DNA of 37,656 nucleotides from a virus. Lineage: Duplodnaviria; Caudoviricetes. Where the stretch lies: the IMG/VR virus record IMGVR_UViG_3300017780_004600, positions 1 to 37,656 of that record; one strand, written 5' to 3'. Shown one piece after another: positions 1-9,118 of this stretch (its first letter is position 1; the number at the start of each line of letters is the position of its first letter). The position numbers and the translations under genes are program-made. The notes below the pieces were generated by a model. It was not told the DNA's origin. It did no database searches and worked only from the letters and a program-made list of their open reading frames with translations.

Positions 1-117
1 TGTTCCTGAACTTCCGCTAGTACCTGAAGTACCACTTGAACCGCTAGTTCCTGATGTTCCTGAGCTTCCGCTAGTACCTGAAGTACCACTTGAACCGCTA
101 GTTCCTGATGTTCCTGA
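1..117. repeat. 54-bp tandem repeat (2 full copies plus a partial) encoding the GTS/GSS tract
   Basis: 1-54 and 55-108 are identical except a/g at unit position 10; 109-117 begins a third copy; the array is cut by the window edge. Confidence 0.95.
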
Positions 118-990
118 TGAACCAGTCCCTCCTGTAAAATTAATTGTTACATTACCACTCCCATTATTAATAACAGAAGCTCCTGAAAATGTCATACCTG
201 TAACATTTGAGACTGTCACACCTGACGTGGCATTATACACCGTAAGAGGATTACCCCCACCACTTGTAAACCCTGTTATATCAATACTAGAACCTCCGGC
301 ACTATTAAGTGATAGTGTTTGTGACCCACTATTATATGTTCCACCTGTAATTGGTGCGGTAAATCCTGAAATTACTATTGTCCCACCAGAATTATTATAC
401 AAATCTAAGTCAGATGTCCCTGAATAATAAGTTCCACCTGTGATTTGAACGTCAGTACCCCAAAATATTTGCCATCTTGCATTATTTTTTGTAACACCAC
501 CAACACCTTCAATAGTTGAGGCTGTCCAAGCATTAACAAATGTTGTTCCTTCAGTGGTGTCGTTATAAGCTTCATAACCATTTCCAGTATCTATAATTGA
601 ACCTACAGCTTCTGCAGCATCCCACATTGCAGTAAATCCTGTCATAGTATATTGGTATACTGTGTCAGTTTCCTGAACATAAACTTGCATACCTAATCTT
701 CTACGACCACTAGAAATACCGTCATTATTAAGATTTAATATATTTGCAATATCATATGGTGCATTATAATAAAAACTTATTGGAATTGAATTTCCTGAAT
801 ATTCAACCAATCCACCATCAATTAATATTTGAGAAGGTATTACCCAATTTAAATCAGATAAATAAAATACCTCCATGTAACCACCAATACCAAGAACACT
901 AAAATTAGTTCCAGTGTCACTAGTTCTGGTTACCGAATCGGGGGCTTGTAAAATGGTGGTCGAAATTGGATTTTTATAATTAAAGCTCAT
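1..990 (-). CDS. Putative fibre/decoration protein with Gly-X-X (GTS/GSS) repeats; 3' end runs off the window
   Basis: Missing from the ORF track because it has no stop in the window. ATG at 990 reads MSFNYKNPISTTILQAPDSV...GRRRLGMQVYVQETDTVYQY..., then two 31-aa ITGGTY repeats (starting 444 and 351), then (GTSGTSGSS)n to the edge; 330 codons with no stop seen. Confidence 0.85.
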   Translation of the reverse strand, partial: MSFNYKNPISTTILQAPDSVTRTSDTGTNFSVLGIGGYMEVFYLSDLNWVIPSQILIDGGLVEYSGNSIPISFYYNAPYDIANILNLNNDGISSGRRRLGMQVYVQETDTVYQYTMTGFTAMWDAAEAVGSIIDTGNGYEAYNDTTEGTTFVNAWTASTIEGVGGVTKNNARWQIFWGTDVQITGGTYYSGTSDLDLYNNSGGTIVISGFTAPITGGTYNSGSQTLSLNSAGGSSIDITGFTSGGGNPLTVYNATSGVTVSNVTGMTFSGASVINNGSGNVTINFTGGTGSSGTSGTSGSSGTSGTSGSSGTSGTSGSSGTSGTSGSSGT

Positions 991-996
991 ATTATT

Positions 997-1004
997 TGTA
1001 AATA
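997..1004 (-). promoter_or_regulatory. Variant late-promoter-like box TATTTACA
   Basis: Lies just upstream of the ATG at 990; one mismatch to the TATTTATA box seen before other structural genes. Confidence 0.35.
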
Positions 1005-1030
1005 TTTAATGGTTATCTATTTTTTTATTT

Positions 1031-2629
1031 TTATACTAAAGTTCCTCCTTGGAAATACCAATTATTACCAAGATTATTAATATTCAGACCTGCCGCGGTT
1101 TTTGTTGTATAAACTCCATATGTTCCTGCCGGTATATTTGTCGACCCACTATAATTAACAACTAAACTATTAGTTACGGCATTAACAACTGTGTCGGTTA
1201 ATGGCGGATTTGAACTACCGTTTTTAATGGTTGAATATTTTTGTCCGTTTGTCGCACCTGTTGCAACTATCCATGTATACCAAGCAATCTCGCCTGAAGG
1301 AACTGTAGTGTTTGGAACTTGAATTGTTTGGAATTTGTAAGCGGTAATTGTATTACCCCATATGTCAACCCCACCAGATGTTGTTGATATTGGGGCGGTA
1401 AATATTACAGGTTCACTAACACCCCAACCACTATAAGCAATATATGCGTTCATTTGAGCATCAAATGTTGATTGAACAGTATTAGTCACGTTATTAATAT
1501 TAAATCCTCTAAATGCACTTCCTTGAGCCGCCATATAATTATTTAAGGCTGTTCTAATTGTTGAGTCATTTCGGTCAATAAACAAGTATGCAGTTAATCC
1601 TGGTGGTGTTGTTGAAGGTGTTGGTGTCATAGTTGTTGTATTAGTTGGAGTTTGAGTTGTTGTGTTAGTTGGAGTTTGACTTTGTGTTGGTGTTTGTGTT
1701 GGAGTTGCGGTATTAGTTGGTGTTTGACTTTGAGTTGGAGTTTGTGTTGGAGTTGCAGTCAAAGTTGTAGTTGGAGTTGCGGTATTAGTTGGTGTTTGGG
1801 TTGGTGTTTTAGTTTGAGTTGGTGTTTTAGTTTGAGTTGGCGTAGCTGTTTGACTCGGAGTATTTGTTTGACTCGGAGTTGCCGTATTAGTTGGAGTTGC
1901 GGTATTAGTAGGTGTTTGAGTTTGAGTTTGAGTTTGAGTTGGGGTAGCACTTAAAGTAGTGGTTGTTGTAGGTGTTTGGGTTTGCGTTTGTGTTGGGGTT
2001 GATGTATTAGTTGAAGTTATAGTATTAGTTGGGGTTGTAGTATTAGTTGGTGTAGCAGTATTAGTTGGCGTAGCAGTTTGACTCGGAGTTGCCGTATTAG
2101 TAGGTGTTTGAGTTTGTGTTTGTGTTTGTGTTGGGGTAGCACTTAAAGTAGTGGTTGTTGTTGGAGTTTGTGTAGTCGTTGGGGTTGAGGTATTAGTTTG
2201 AGTTTGTGTTTGAGTTGGTGTCGCAGTTAAAGTTGTAGTTGTTGTAGGCGTTTGCGTCGTAGTTTGCGTCACAGTTTGACTTGGAGTATTAGTCTGAGTT
2301 TGTGTTTGAGTTGGAGTTGGGGTTAAAGTTGAAGTTTGAGTTGGGGTTAATGTTGAAACAGGTAGGTTGGTCGGGGTTGGGGTTAAAGTTGGGGTATTAG
2401 TTGGTGTTGAGCATTGTAAATTAACAACAACACCTAAAAGCATATTATCTCTTGTAACCGCAGAATAAATTAATGTAGGGTCTACATATACATTAAATGG
2501 ACCTAAAGCATTTGAATTAGAAGCTAATCTTACAATATATGAGGTACACCCTGTTACTGTTAATTGTTGTTCAATCTCAGCTGCACATCCAGGTGCGTTA
2601 TTTGTTACAATTATTGTGTATATGGACAT
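1031..2629 (-). CDS. Thr/Pro-rich mucin-like virion-associated protein (532 aa)
   Basis: About 75-aa Cys-containing N-domain, about 270 aa of TPTQTQT/TPTNTAT repeats, about 190-aa globular C-domain; structural gene context. Confidence 0.8.
   Translation of the reverse strand: MSIYTIIVTNNAPGCAAEIEQQLTVTGCTSYIVRLASNSNALGPFNVYVDPTLIYSAVTRDNMLLGVVVNLQCSTPTNTPTLTPTPTNLPVSTLTPTQTSTLTPTPTQTQTQTNTPSQTVTQTTTQTPTTTTTLTATPTQTQTQTNTSTPTTTQTPTTTTTLSATPTQTQTQTQTPTNTATPSQTATPTNTATPTNTTTPTNTITSTNTSTPTQTQTQTPTTTTTLSATPTQTQTQTQTPTNTATPTNTATPSQTNTPSQTATPTQTKTPTQTKTPTQTPTNTATPTTTLTATPTQTPTQSQTPTNTATPTQTPTQSQTPTNTTTQTPTNTTTMTPTPSTTPPGLTAYLFIDRNDSTIRTALNNYMAAQGSAFRGFNINNVTNTVQSTFDAQMNAYIAYSGWGVSEPVIFTAPISTTSGGVDIWGNTITAYKFQTIQVPNTTVPSGEIAWYTWIVATGATNGQKYSTIKNGSSNPPLTDTVVNAVTNSLVVNYSGSTNIPAGTYGVYTTKTAAGLNINNLGNNWYFQGGTLV
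1600..2410. repeat. Low-complexity coding repeat region (T-x-T-P-T units)
   Basis: 18-bp tandem ttggtgttttagtttgag at 1801-1836; block ggggtagcacttaaagtagtggttgttg at 1941-1968 and 2133-2160; tttgag hexamer runs. Confidence 0.9.
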
Positions 2630-2644
2630 CCGTTGTTTTTATTA

Positions 2645-2652
2645 AATAAATA
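2645..2652 (-). promoter_or_regulatory. Late-promoter-like box TATTTATT
   Basis: About 15 nt upstream of the ATG at 2629, in an intergenic region, followed by an A-rich leader. Confidence 0.55.
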
Positions 2653-2738
2653 CCTTGACTATCCTATTTCAGTAAAAACTATTATAAAAAATTAAAATGA
2701 AAGTTTAGTTCGTTTGAAATCAAATAATAATACTAGTA

Positions 2739-3038
2739 TTATTCGATATACATATTAACAACACAAGACGCTAATTCAATAGTAATTAAGAAAGTACATC
2801 CAAATGTACAATCTAACACTTTGAAAACTTGACAATCATTACTATCAATTAATGTTAAAACAATTTGAGGTGCAGATTGAAAAATTGTAGGTATTACAGT
2901 ATTATATTCAACAACTGGTGGTACCACATCATTTATAGTGCCTAATAAAGTTTGATAATTAAAATAAATGTCCGATATGAACACACTAATTGGATAGGCG
3001 GTACTTCCTGATATTTCGGTTATTCTTACTTGGGTCAT
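2739..3038 (-). CDS. Small hypothetical protein, possibly a single SprB-like beta module (99 aa)
   Basis: ATG at 3038 overlaps the upstream TGA (ATGA), so it is preferred over 3047. Contains ISGSTAYP and LTLIDSNDC, resembling the GGTAPY and VTDxxGC motifs of the neighbouring gene. Confidence 0.7.
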   Translation of the reverse strand: MTQVRITEISGSTAYPISVFISDIYFNYQTLLGTINDVVPPVVEYNTVIPTIFQSAPQIVLTLIDSNDCQVFKVLDCTFGCTFLITIELASCVVNMYIE

Positions 3039-5170
3039 GATAAACACATTATATCGTAAACAATTATCAAATCAATAATAATCTCTTGCCCTTCTAAAGA
3101 AGTGTTATTTCTACTTGTGGCGATTGTTATTTGATTATTCAGTTGGTCAATAGTTACTTCCCCAACACCAGGAATACTTAATAATAATTGTTTAATAGTA
3201 TTGTAATATAAATTATCTGTAGGTGCTTGAACTAAAGATGTTGATGTAAAGAAAGTTTGGCTTGTTGTTAAACCGGCAGGATTAACCGAAACTTTAGCAG
3301 TAAAAGTCGCATTAACTAAGTCACAACTTGTGTTTCCTGATGTTAAATCATAATAACCTTCATTCAACATTTGTAATAACCCAAATTTAGTAGGTGATGT
3401 AACTCTAAATATTTCTTCACCCATAACATAAGTTTGATATGAAGCATAATTTTGATTACACGTAATTGATGTTGTTCTTGTTAAAGAACACCCATTATTG
3501 TCCACTATTGTTAAACCGTAAGTCCCACCTGTCAATCCTGAAACTTGGATTTGTTGAGGTTCATTAGGAATATTGTCAGACCAATTAAAATTAAATGGTG
3601 GCTCACCTGATGTAATAAACGCAGTAATTTGTCCACTATTTCCACTACCACAAGAAGTACTGTACAATGAAAAATCTAATCTTTGACTAAATGGTATAAA
3701 GGCAGTTGTTGTTTGAACGCAACCATCATCATCAGTAACCGTCACAATATGACTTCCAGCTGTTAGATTATTAAATGTCACCGCACTTAAATTAGTATCA
3801 ATAATATTATACAACCCATCAATAGAATAATCTAATGGTAATGTACTTCCGGTTGATGTGTATATTTTTATTTTTCCATTATTTTGATTACATGATGTTG
3901 AAGTAACCTCAGTAGAAATAGTATATTTGTTTTGAGCAACAATTGTAATTTCTTGTATATTAGAACATCCTGATGAATCTGCAACAGCCACAGTATACGT
4001 TCCTGAAGATAGTCCGTCAAAAACATATGTTGTTTGAGAATTACTAACATTTAATGTATCACCATCAGGAGAAATTAAAGTATATGTATATGGTAAACTT
4101 CCTCCAACAACAGAGACTTGAATTTGTCCATTAATACTTGAACATGTTGAATTTTGACTATTAACAGAAACGGAGGTTATTCCTCCAGGTGTCGCTAATG
4201 TTGTACCAACAAATGATTGACAATATGCAGCATCCGTTACTTGAAATTGATAATTACCCGCAGTTAAACCTGAAATAGTATAACTTTGAGAATAAGAAAC
4301 CGCAACATTCCCTGTTGACGCAGAATAATAATATGGCGCGGTACCTCCTGTTAAGGTTACAGTAATGACCCCGTTACTTTGGAGACAACTTGGCGCTGTA
4401 GATGTTACAAGAGCAAATCCAACTTTATTAACATCGTCAAGATATGTTGATTTTGTAATATTACACCCTAACGAATCCGTAACTTGGACGGAGTAGTTAC
4501 CTGAAGTTAATCCTGTAATAGTACTTCCTGTTTGTCCATTACTCCACAAATATTCATATGGTGACATACCTGTTTGACCTGTCACTATTATTTTACCAAT
4601 TGGTAACCCTCCACAACTTGAATTTGGTACCACATATAAACCATAATCAAAATCATTTGAACTATTAATAATAAAACTTTGACTTAATCCGGTACAACCC
4701 CCTAAATCAATAGCTTCGATAGAATAAGTACTTGCACTTAAATCACCAAAAGTAAAACTATCAGTATTTGTACTACCAGAATTAAGGAAATTATTGTTTG
4801 AATCAAATAAATAAAAATTTGTTGATGAGTATATTGCATTTGATTCTACTGTGACAAAACCATTGGGCAAGTTACATGTTGAATTATTTACTGATGTTAT
4901 TGAAGTACAAACCCCACTAGATACAGGGATGTTTATGTAAAATTCTGAATTGGTTGGTAATGTACTATCATTTACCCTAACCGCGTATGTTGATGCCGAT
5001 AAATTTGTAACCGTAGAAGGGTTTGTTGTGATAACGTCAACTTGGGTTAATGGTAATTGCCATTGTACGGTATATGGTTCTGTTCCCCCTGTCAAAAACA
5101 GACTTATAATTCCCGCATTTGTGTTAGAACAATCCCCTGTTACTGCAATACTATAATTAAATGATGCCAT
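3035..5170 (-). CDS. SprB-repeat adhesin-like protein (711 aa)
   Basis: About seven ~80-aa repeats of the pattern (S/T)C-x4-G-x-I-x-V...GG-x-x-PY-x-Y...GL-x-x-G-x-Y-x-V-x-V-x-D-x-x-GC (e.g. GGTAPYYY, GLTSGNYSVQVTDSLGC), then a ~130-aa C-domain. Confidence 0.8.
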   Translation of the reverse strand: MASFNYSIAVTGDCSNTNAGIISLFLTGGTEPYTVQWQLPLTQVDVITTNPSTVTNLSASTYAVRVNDSTLPTNSEFYINIPVSSGVCTSITSVNNSTCNLPNGFVTVESNAIYSSTNFYLFDSNNNFLNSGSTNTDSFTFGDLSASTYSIEAIDLGGCTGLSQSFIINSSNDFDYGLYVVPNSSCGGLPIGKIIVTGQTGMSPYEYLWSNGQTGSTITGLTSGNYSVQVTDSLGCNITKSTYLDDVNKVGFALVTSTAPSCLQSNGVITVTLTGGTAPYYYSASTGNVAVSYSQSYTISGLTAGNYQFQVTDAAYCQSFVGTTLATPGGITSVSVNSQNSTCSSINGQIQVSVVGGSLPYTYTLISPDGDTLNVSNSQTTYVFDGLSSGTYTVAVADSSGCSNIQEITIVAQNKYTISTEVTSTSCNQNNGKIKIYTSTGSTLPLDYSIDGLYNIIDTNLSAVTFNNLTAGSHIVTVTDDDGCVQTTTAFIPFSQRLDFSLYSTSCGSGNSGQITAFITSGEPPFNFNWSDNIPNEPQQIQVSGLTGGTYGLTIVDNNGCSLTRTTSITCNQNYASYQTYVMGEEIFRVTSPTKFGLLQMLNEGYYDLTSGNTSCDLVNATFTAKVSVNPAGLTTSQTFFTSTSLVQAPTDNLYYNTIKQLLLSIPGVGEVTIDQLNNQITIATSRNNTSLEGQEIIIDLIIVYDIMCLS

Positions 5171-8100
5171 TTGATATATCTTTTTTGTTAGGTTTACAGT
5201 TTATACTAATGTTTATTCCTGAATTTAAAGTTAATGTCTCCCCAAAATTTCTTTCGGTACAAGTTAAACTTGTAATTGTTAGAGTATTACCATTTAAAAA
5301 ATAAGTGAACCCATAATCATATAGATTAGGTAAATATAAAATAAGGGCATTTCTCCAAGCAGCATTTGTTGGGACATCCGTTAACCCATACCCAGTATAA
5401 AACAACTCTTGTATAATAATATCACCATCTATTCGTAAATCAACATACCAATTACTTTCTACAGAATTTTGGGTACAATTCCCCAATGTCAAACCACTTG
5501 ATGATAACATCTCGTTTAGTCTATTTGATAAAATACTACTAAAATTACTAACCTCAACATCACCGTTTAACCATGGGTATATGAAAAAATCCGTATACTC
5601 TGTGGCACAAGTGTAATCAAAAATGTTTGATATGATATAACATGGGTCAACAGGTACTGGTACAAATTCACAACCTCTTTGTCGTCTATAAACAAATTTT
5701 TGTTTTTGTAAAACTGAGTTTTCAAATTTAACCCCCGTATTCCAAATAGTTGTTGCGGGAACCATTTGTTCCACTAACTTCATCCAATATGGCCCAATAC
5801 CATTTACATAATCAATTAATTTTTGATAAGTGTATTTGTTATTTGGTAATCCAACCGTTTGTTCGGATTCAATATATTTCCACCATATAGATTGTAAAGT
5901 TGGATATCCTCCTGTTTTACCATCAGTAATATATTGTCTGTTTCTAACATTAATCATGTTCTGCCAAAATGTTTGTGAGAACTCAAAAAATGTTTTCTTT
6001 TTTGGTTCAGGATTAACGTAAGTCCAATCCACACCACCAGGAACAGGGTATCCTATTGTTAACCCTGATTCAGGAATAGGATAATCATATCTCCTTGATT
6101 GGTCCCAAACATCATATACAAGTCCTTGTGAAGGATTTAAAAATAAATCAACATTTTTAACATTTAACACAAGTTTTTCATTATCAACATAATAATATGC
6201 ATTATAATCAGCATTTATAGAGACTCTAATTTTATTATCTTCTTCTAACCATGATTTATTATTATCGGCTACTTTAGTCAATTTAAATCCTTCCGTCATA
6301 TATGGAAAATCCCTAAACCTATTTAAGTATGGTTGTCCATAACTAAATGGTGTTAATTTAGTTTGGAAATCATAGTTTTGACCCGTATAAACATTTCCTG
6401 TAATTTTTACCTCATCAGGACTTCTATGTTGAGGTGTTGATTCATACCAACCAGAACCTAATTGAAAAAAATAATCTTCCGTGTTTAGCGGTGCCGATGG
6501 ATACCCTAAATCATCAATAGGATAATCAGTTAATTTAATATTAACATCTTGATAACTTTTATTTGAAGTAAAACCACTATAAAACTTACCTTTGATTTTA
6601 TAAGTTTGTCCAGGCACATATGATGGAGTATCTTGAACATATGTTCCTCCTGAAATTTTCATCCATTGAGTATAGAATTGGTCTAAATTAATTCTTTGGT
6701 CCGCAAGATAAATGTGTTCATTAAATTCAACTAATGAATCAGGAGCCCCAATTAATCTCATCATAAACTCAATAGACCTTCTTGTCCCTTTTGATTTAAA
6801 AAGATAAGCGGCATTTAATATTAAATTTCTATAAAAAGCATAATTTAATTCTGTCGGTGTAAGAGCCCTTGCATACCCAGGATATGTTGGGGTATTTGTA
6901 TTACCAAATACCGAACTTAAAAAGTCCTCATTTGTTATTGGTGAAAAGTTTGAAGACCATCCTAATGTTCTAGAAAGATTAACTAACAATTCAGATGGTA
7001 TATCATTTGACGGATTATAATTAACCGAATTCATATATGCTAAGGCATCAATAAATTGTTTTACTTGGTCAAAACTTCTACCATAAATTTGAAATATTTT
7101 TTCTACTTTTTGTCCTCGAGTATCAAACTCTTTTAACGAATCCGTAACTAAAAATCTTGATAATAAATTTGTTTTAAACGAATCTAAATTTTGTGCAATT
7201 AGTTCTAATTGAGTAAGGTAGTCATCAAACAAATATGACCTGATATCTAAATTCCAATTTCCATCTTTTGGCCAAGTCACTTGTTGGTAATCAGTATAAA
7301 ATTGTCCATCCTCGTTTTGTTGAGGTACTTGGAAAGTTGCCGTATATTCGGGTCTTACCAAACGATTTAATAAGAATTTCTCAACTTCGTCAAAGTTTTC
7401 CGCAAATACTTTATCCGTAATGAAATCATTTAACCTTATTTGATATTGTTCATTAATTGTTGTCGCTGTTACACCAAAAGGTGCACCTGAAACATAAAAT
7501 TCTACATAACCTGTACTTAAATTTTCAGAAGGTTTAAATGACATTACATTGTATATGTTATCATTAATACTAACACAATAATCTAAATAACTATTATACA
7601 AATTTCTGTACGGTGATACAATTATCTCTCTAACTGACAAATTAGTCGCAGCACTGATTGAATAATCAATGTCAAATGGATTATTAATCCTATTAACATC
7701 AACTTTGAAATATGTTTCGTCTGTTGTTAAATCATATGTTATATCATATGCCGTAGGCCCCGTGGTAAAATCTAAATTGGTGTACAATATGTCTAACGCC
7801 GCGGGAAAATTATGTATGATATGTGTAACAGATACTTGGAATCTCTTACTTAAAGACCCATACATTGAAAAGTTTAAAACTTGTGATACATCATAGTTTG
7901 GATAAACTCTAAATTGAGTTGCCATTATTCTACGACTTTCCGTTAAATCCCCAATATCTAAATCATCTAAATTAATTGGTTCCGAAAAGACCCCAACGGT
8001 AAAAGTTCTATTAACTTTTTCAACAACAGAAGTTGTGAACTCAAAATTACCTTGCGTAAGACCTCCACCCTCAACGGTTTGTAAACCTACAATGTTGTCT

Positions 8101-8171
8101 GAGAAAGTCCCTGCTCCACTACCAGGTCTGGGTGGGTAAAAATATTTTGTGTTCTTTTGTGTTATTGCCAT
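5157..8171 (-). CDS. Baseplate wedge protein, T4 gp7 / P2 gpI-like core (1004 aa)
   Basis: IPSELLVNLSRTLGW...YRNLILNAAYLFKSKGTRRSIEFMMRLIG...VEFNEH and later LVEQMVPATT fit the gp7/gpI wedge pattern; downstream of gp25 and gp6. Confidence 0.65.
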   Translation of the reverse strand: MAITQKNTKYFYPPRPGSGAGTFSDNIVGLQTVEGGGLTQGNFEFTTSVVEKVNRTFTVGVFSEPINLDDLDIGDLTESRRIMATQFRVYPNYDVSQVLNFSMYGSLSKRFQVSVTHIIHNFPAALDILYTNLDFTTGPTAYDITYDLTTDETYFKVDVNRINNPFDIDYSISAATNLSVREIIVSPYRNLYNSYLDYCVSINDNIYNVMSFKPSENLSTGYVEFYVSGAPFGVTATTINEQYQIRLNDFITDKVFAENFDEVEKFLLNRLVRPEYTATFQVPQQNEDGQFYTDYQQVTWPKDGNWNLDIRSYLFDDYLTQLELIAQNLDSFKTNLLSRFLVTDSLKEFDTRGQKVEKIFQIYGRSFDQVKQFIDALAYMNSVNYNPSNDIPSELLVNLSRTLGWSSNFSPITNEDFLSSVFGNTNTPTYPGYARALTPTELNYAFYRNLILNAAYLFKSKGTRRSIEFMMRLIGAPDSLVEFNEHIYLADQRINLDQFYTQWMKISGGTYVQDTPSYVPGQTYKIKGKFYSGFTSNKSYQDVNIKLTDYPIDDLGYPSAPLNTEDYFFQLGSGWYESTPQHRSPDEVKITGNVYTGQNYDFQTKLTPFSYGQPYLNRFRDFPYMTEGFKLTKVADNNKSWLEEDNKIRVSINADYNAYYYVDNEKLVLNVKNVDLFLNPSQGLVYDVWDQSRRYDYPIPESGLTIGYPVPGGVDWTYVNPEPKKKTFFEFSQTFWQNMINVRNRQYITDGKTGGYPTLQSIWWKYIESEQTVGLPNNKYTYQKLIDYVNGIGPYWMKLVEQMVPATTIWNTGVKFENSVLQKQKFVYRRQRGCEFVPVPVDPCYIISNIFDYTCATEYTDFFIYPWLNGDVEVSNFSSILSNRLNEMLSSSGLTLGNCTQNSVESNWYVDLRIDGDIIIQELFYTGYGLTDVPTNAAWRNALILYLPNLYDYGFTYFLNGNTLTITSLTCTERNFGETLTLNSGINISINCKPNKKDISNGII

Positions 8172-9079
8172 TAGCTACTTATATTTGTAAAATTTTTACT
8201 GAAATCAATATTATCATTTCTATTCTGTCTAACTTCATATAACAACGCATTAAATTGGTCTCTAATTTCATATAAGTTGTATTGTCTGTATATGTTATTT
8301 TGAGAATCGTAAATTGTATAGATACCATCATCAATAGATTTGGTTTGATTACCATAAAGAGCAATCGCTAATGAATCAATGTCATATTCCGCCATTTGTA
8401 TTTCCAAAGTGACTGGATTAAAGAAAGTATTACTAATTATAATATCTTGGTCGGGCTGTCCAATATATGGTGTTGCATTTGGTTTGTTTGTCGGTGAAGA
8501 TGATGGTGATAAAGTTAAAAATAATAAATTTGAAGACCCGTCAACGTATCTATATCTAACCGATTTTTGTGAAGTGTTAACTTCGTTTGTAACAACAGGT
8601 TGACAATAGAAACTTGAAGTTACTACTCTAAAGAAATTAGGTATTTTTGAACCGTCGGGATTTAAATATTCAATTCTAAACCCAACAAGTCCTTGTGGTA
8701 CAAATTTATTTTGATATTGGGTAGGGACATTTGTAATATCAATTACAAGACCTTTAACATTTGGTAACGCACTTAAAACACCACAATCCGTAATCACTGT
8801 TCTTATTTGTGCAGGTCTTAAATATAACGTATAAATTCCTATTGCATTGAATTGACTTGCCGGTAGAGTTAAATTGTATAATCCACCTAAAACCTCAACA
8901 CCTACGTTTCCACCTGTTTCCGTATTTGCAAAGTAAGGTCTAAGTATTGTTTGGGCGTCTAACTTTGTAAGCAGAAATTGGTCTGTTACATCCCTTGTTG
9001 GTGTGTAATTCATAATTATTTCAACATCTGCCGGTGAAACATCCGATGGTCTAATAGTTCCGTAACTTCCGATTGCCAT
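8171..9079 (-). CDS. Hypothetical structural protein (302 aa)
   Basis: Long ORF, TAATG-coupled to the wedge gene, preceded by TATTTATA; no recognisable motif. Confidence 0.75.
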   Translation of the reverse strand: MAIGSYGTIRPSDVSPADVEIIMNYTPTRDVTDQFLLTKLDAQTILRPYFANTETGGNVGVEVLGGLYNLTLPASQFNAIGIYTLYLRPAQIRTVITDCGVLSALPNVKGLVIDITNVPTQYQNKFVPQGLVGFRIEYLNPDGSKIPNFFRVVTSSFYCQPVVTNEVNTSQKSVRYRYVDGSSNLLFLTLSPSSSPTNKPNATPYIGQPDQDIIISNTFFNPVTLEIQMAEYDIDSLAIALYGNQTKSIDDGIYTIYDSQNNIYRQYNLYEIRDQFNALLYEVRQNRNDNIDFSKNFTNISS

Positions 9080-9091
9080 TTTCTTTTATTT

Positions 9092-9099
9092 TATAAATA
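9092..9099 (-). promoter_or_regulatory. Late-promoter-like box TATTTATA
   Basis: 12 nt upstream of the ATG at 9079; the 14-mer ttataaatagttta (9091-9104) recurs exactly at 17891-17904. Confidence 0.65.
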
Positions 9100-9118
9100 G
9101 TTTAGTTCCTTTTTTCAA

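Noticed and set aside
1-117. Direct repeats as a CRISPR array
   Set aside because: Units are contiguous with no unique spacers, are a multiple of 3 long and are in frame in a CDS; no cas genes.
2726-2743. Perfect 18-bp palindrome aataatactagtattatt
   Set aside because: Almost all A/T, overlaps a stop codon, and I saw no second copy; cannot be separated from chance.
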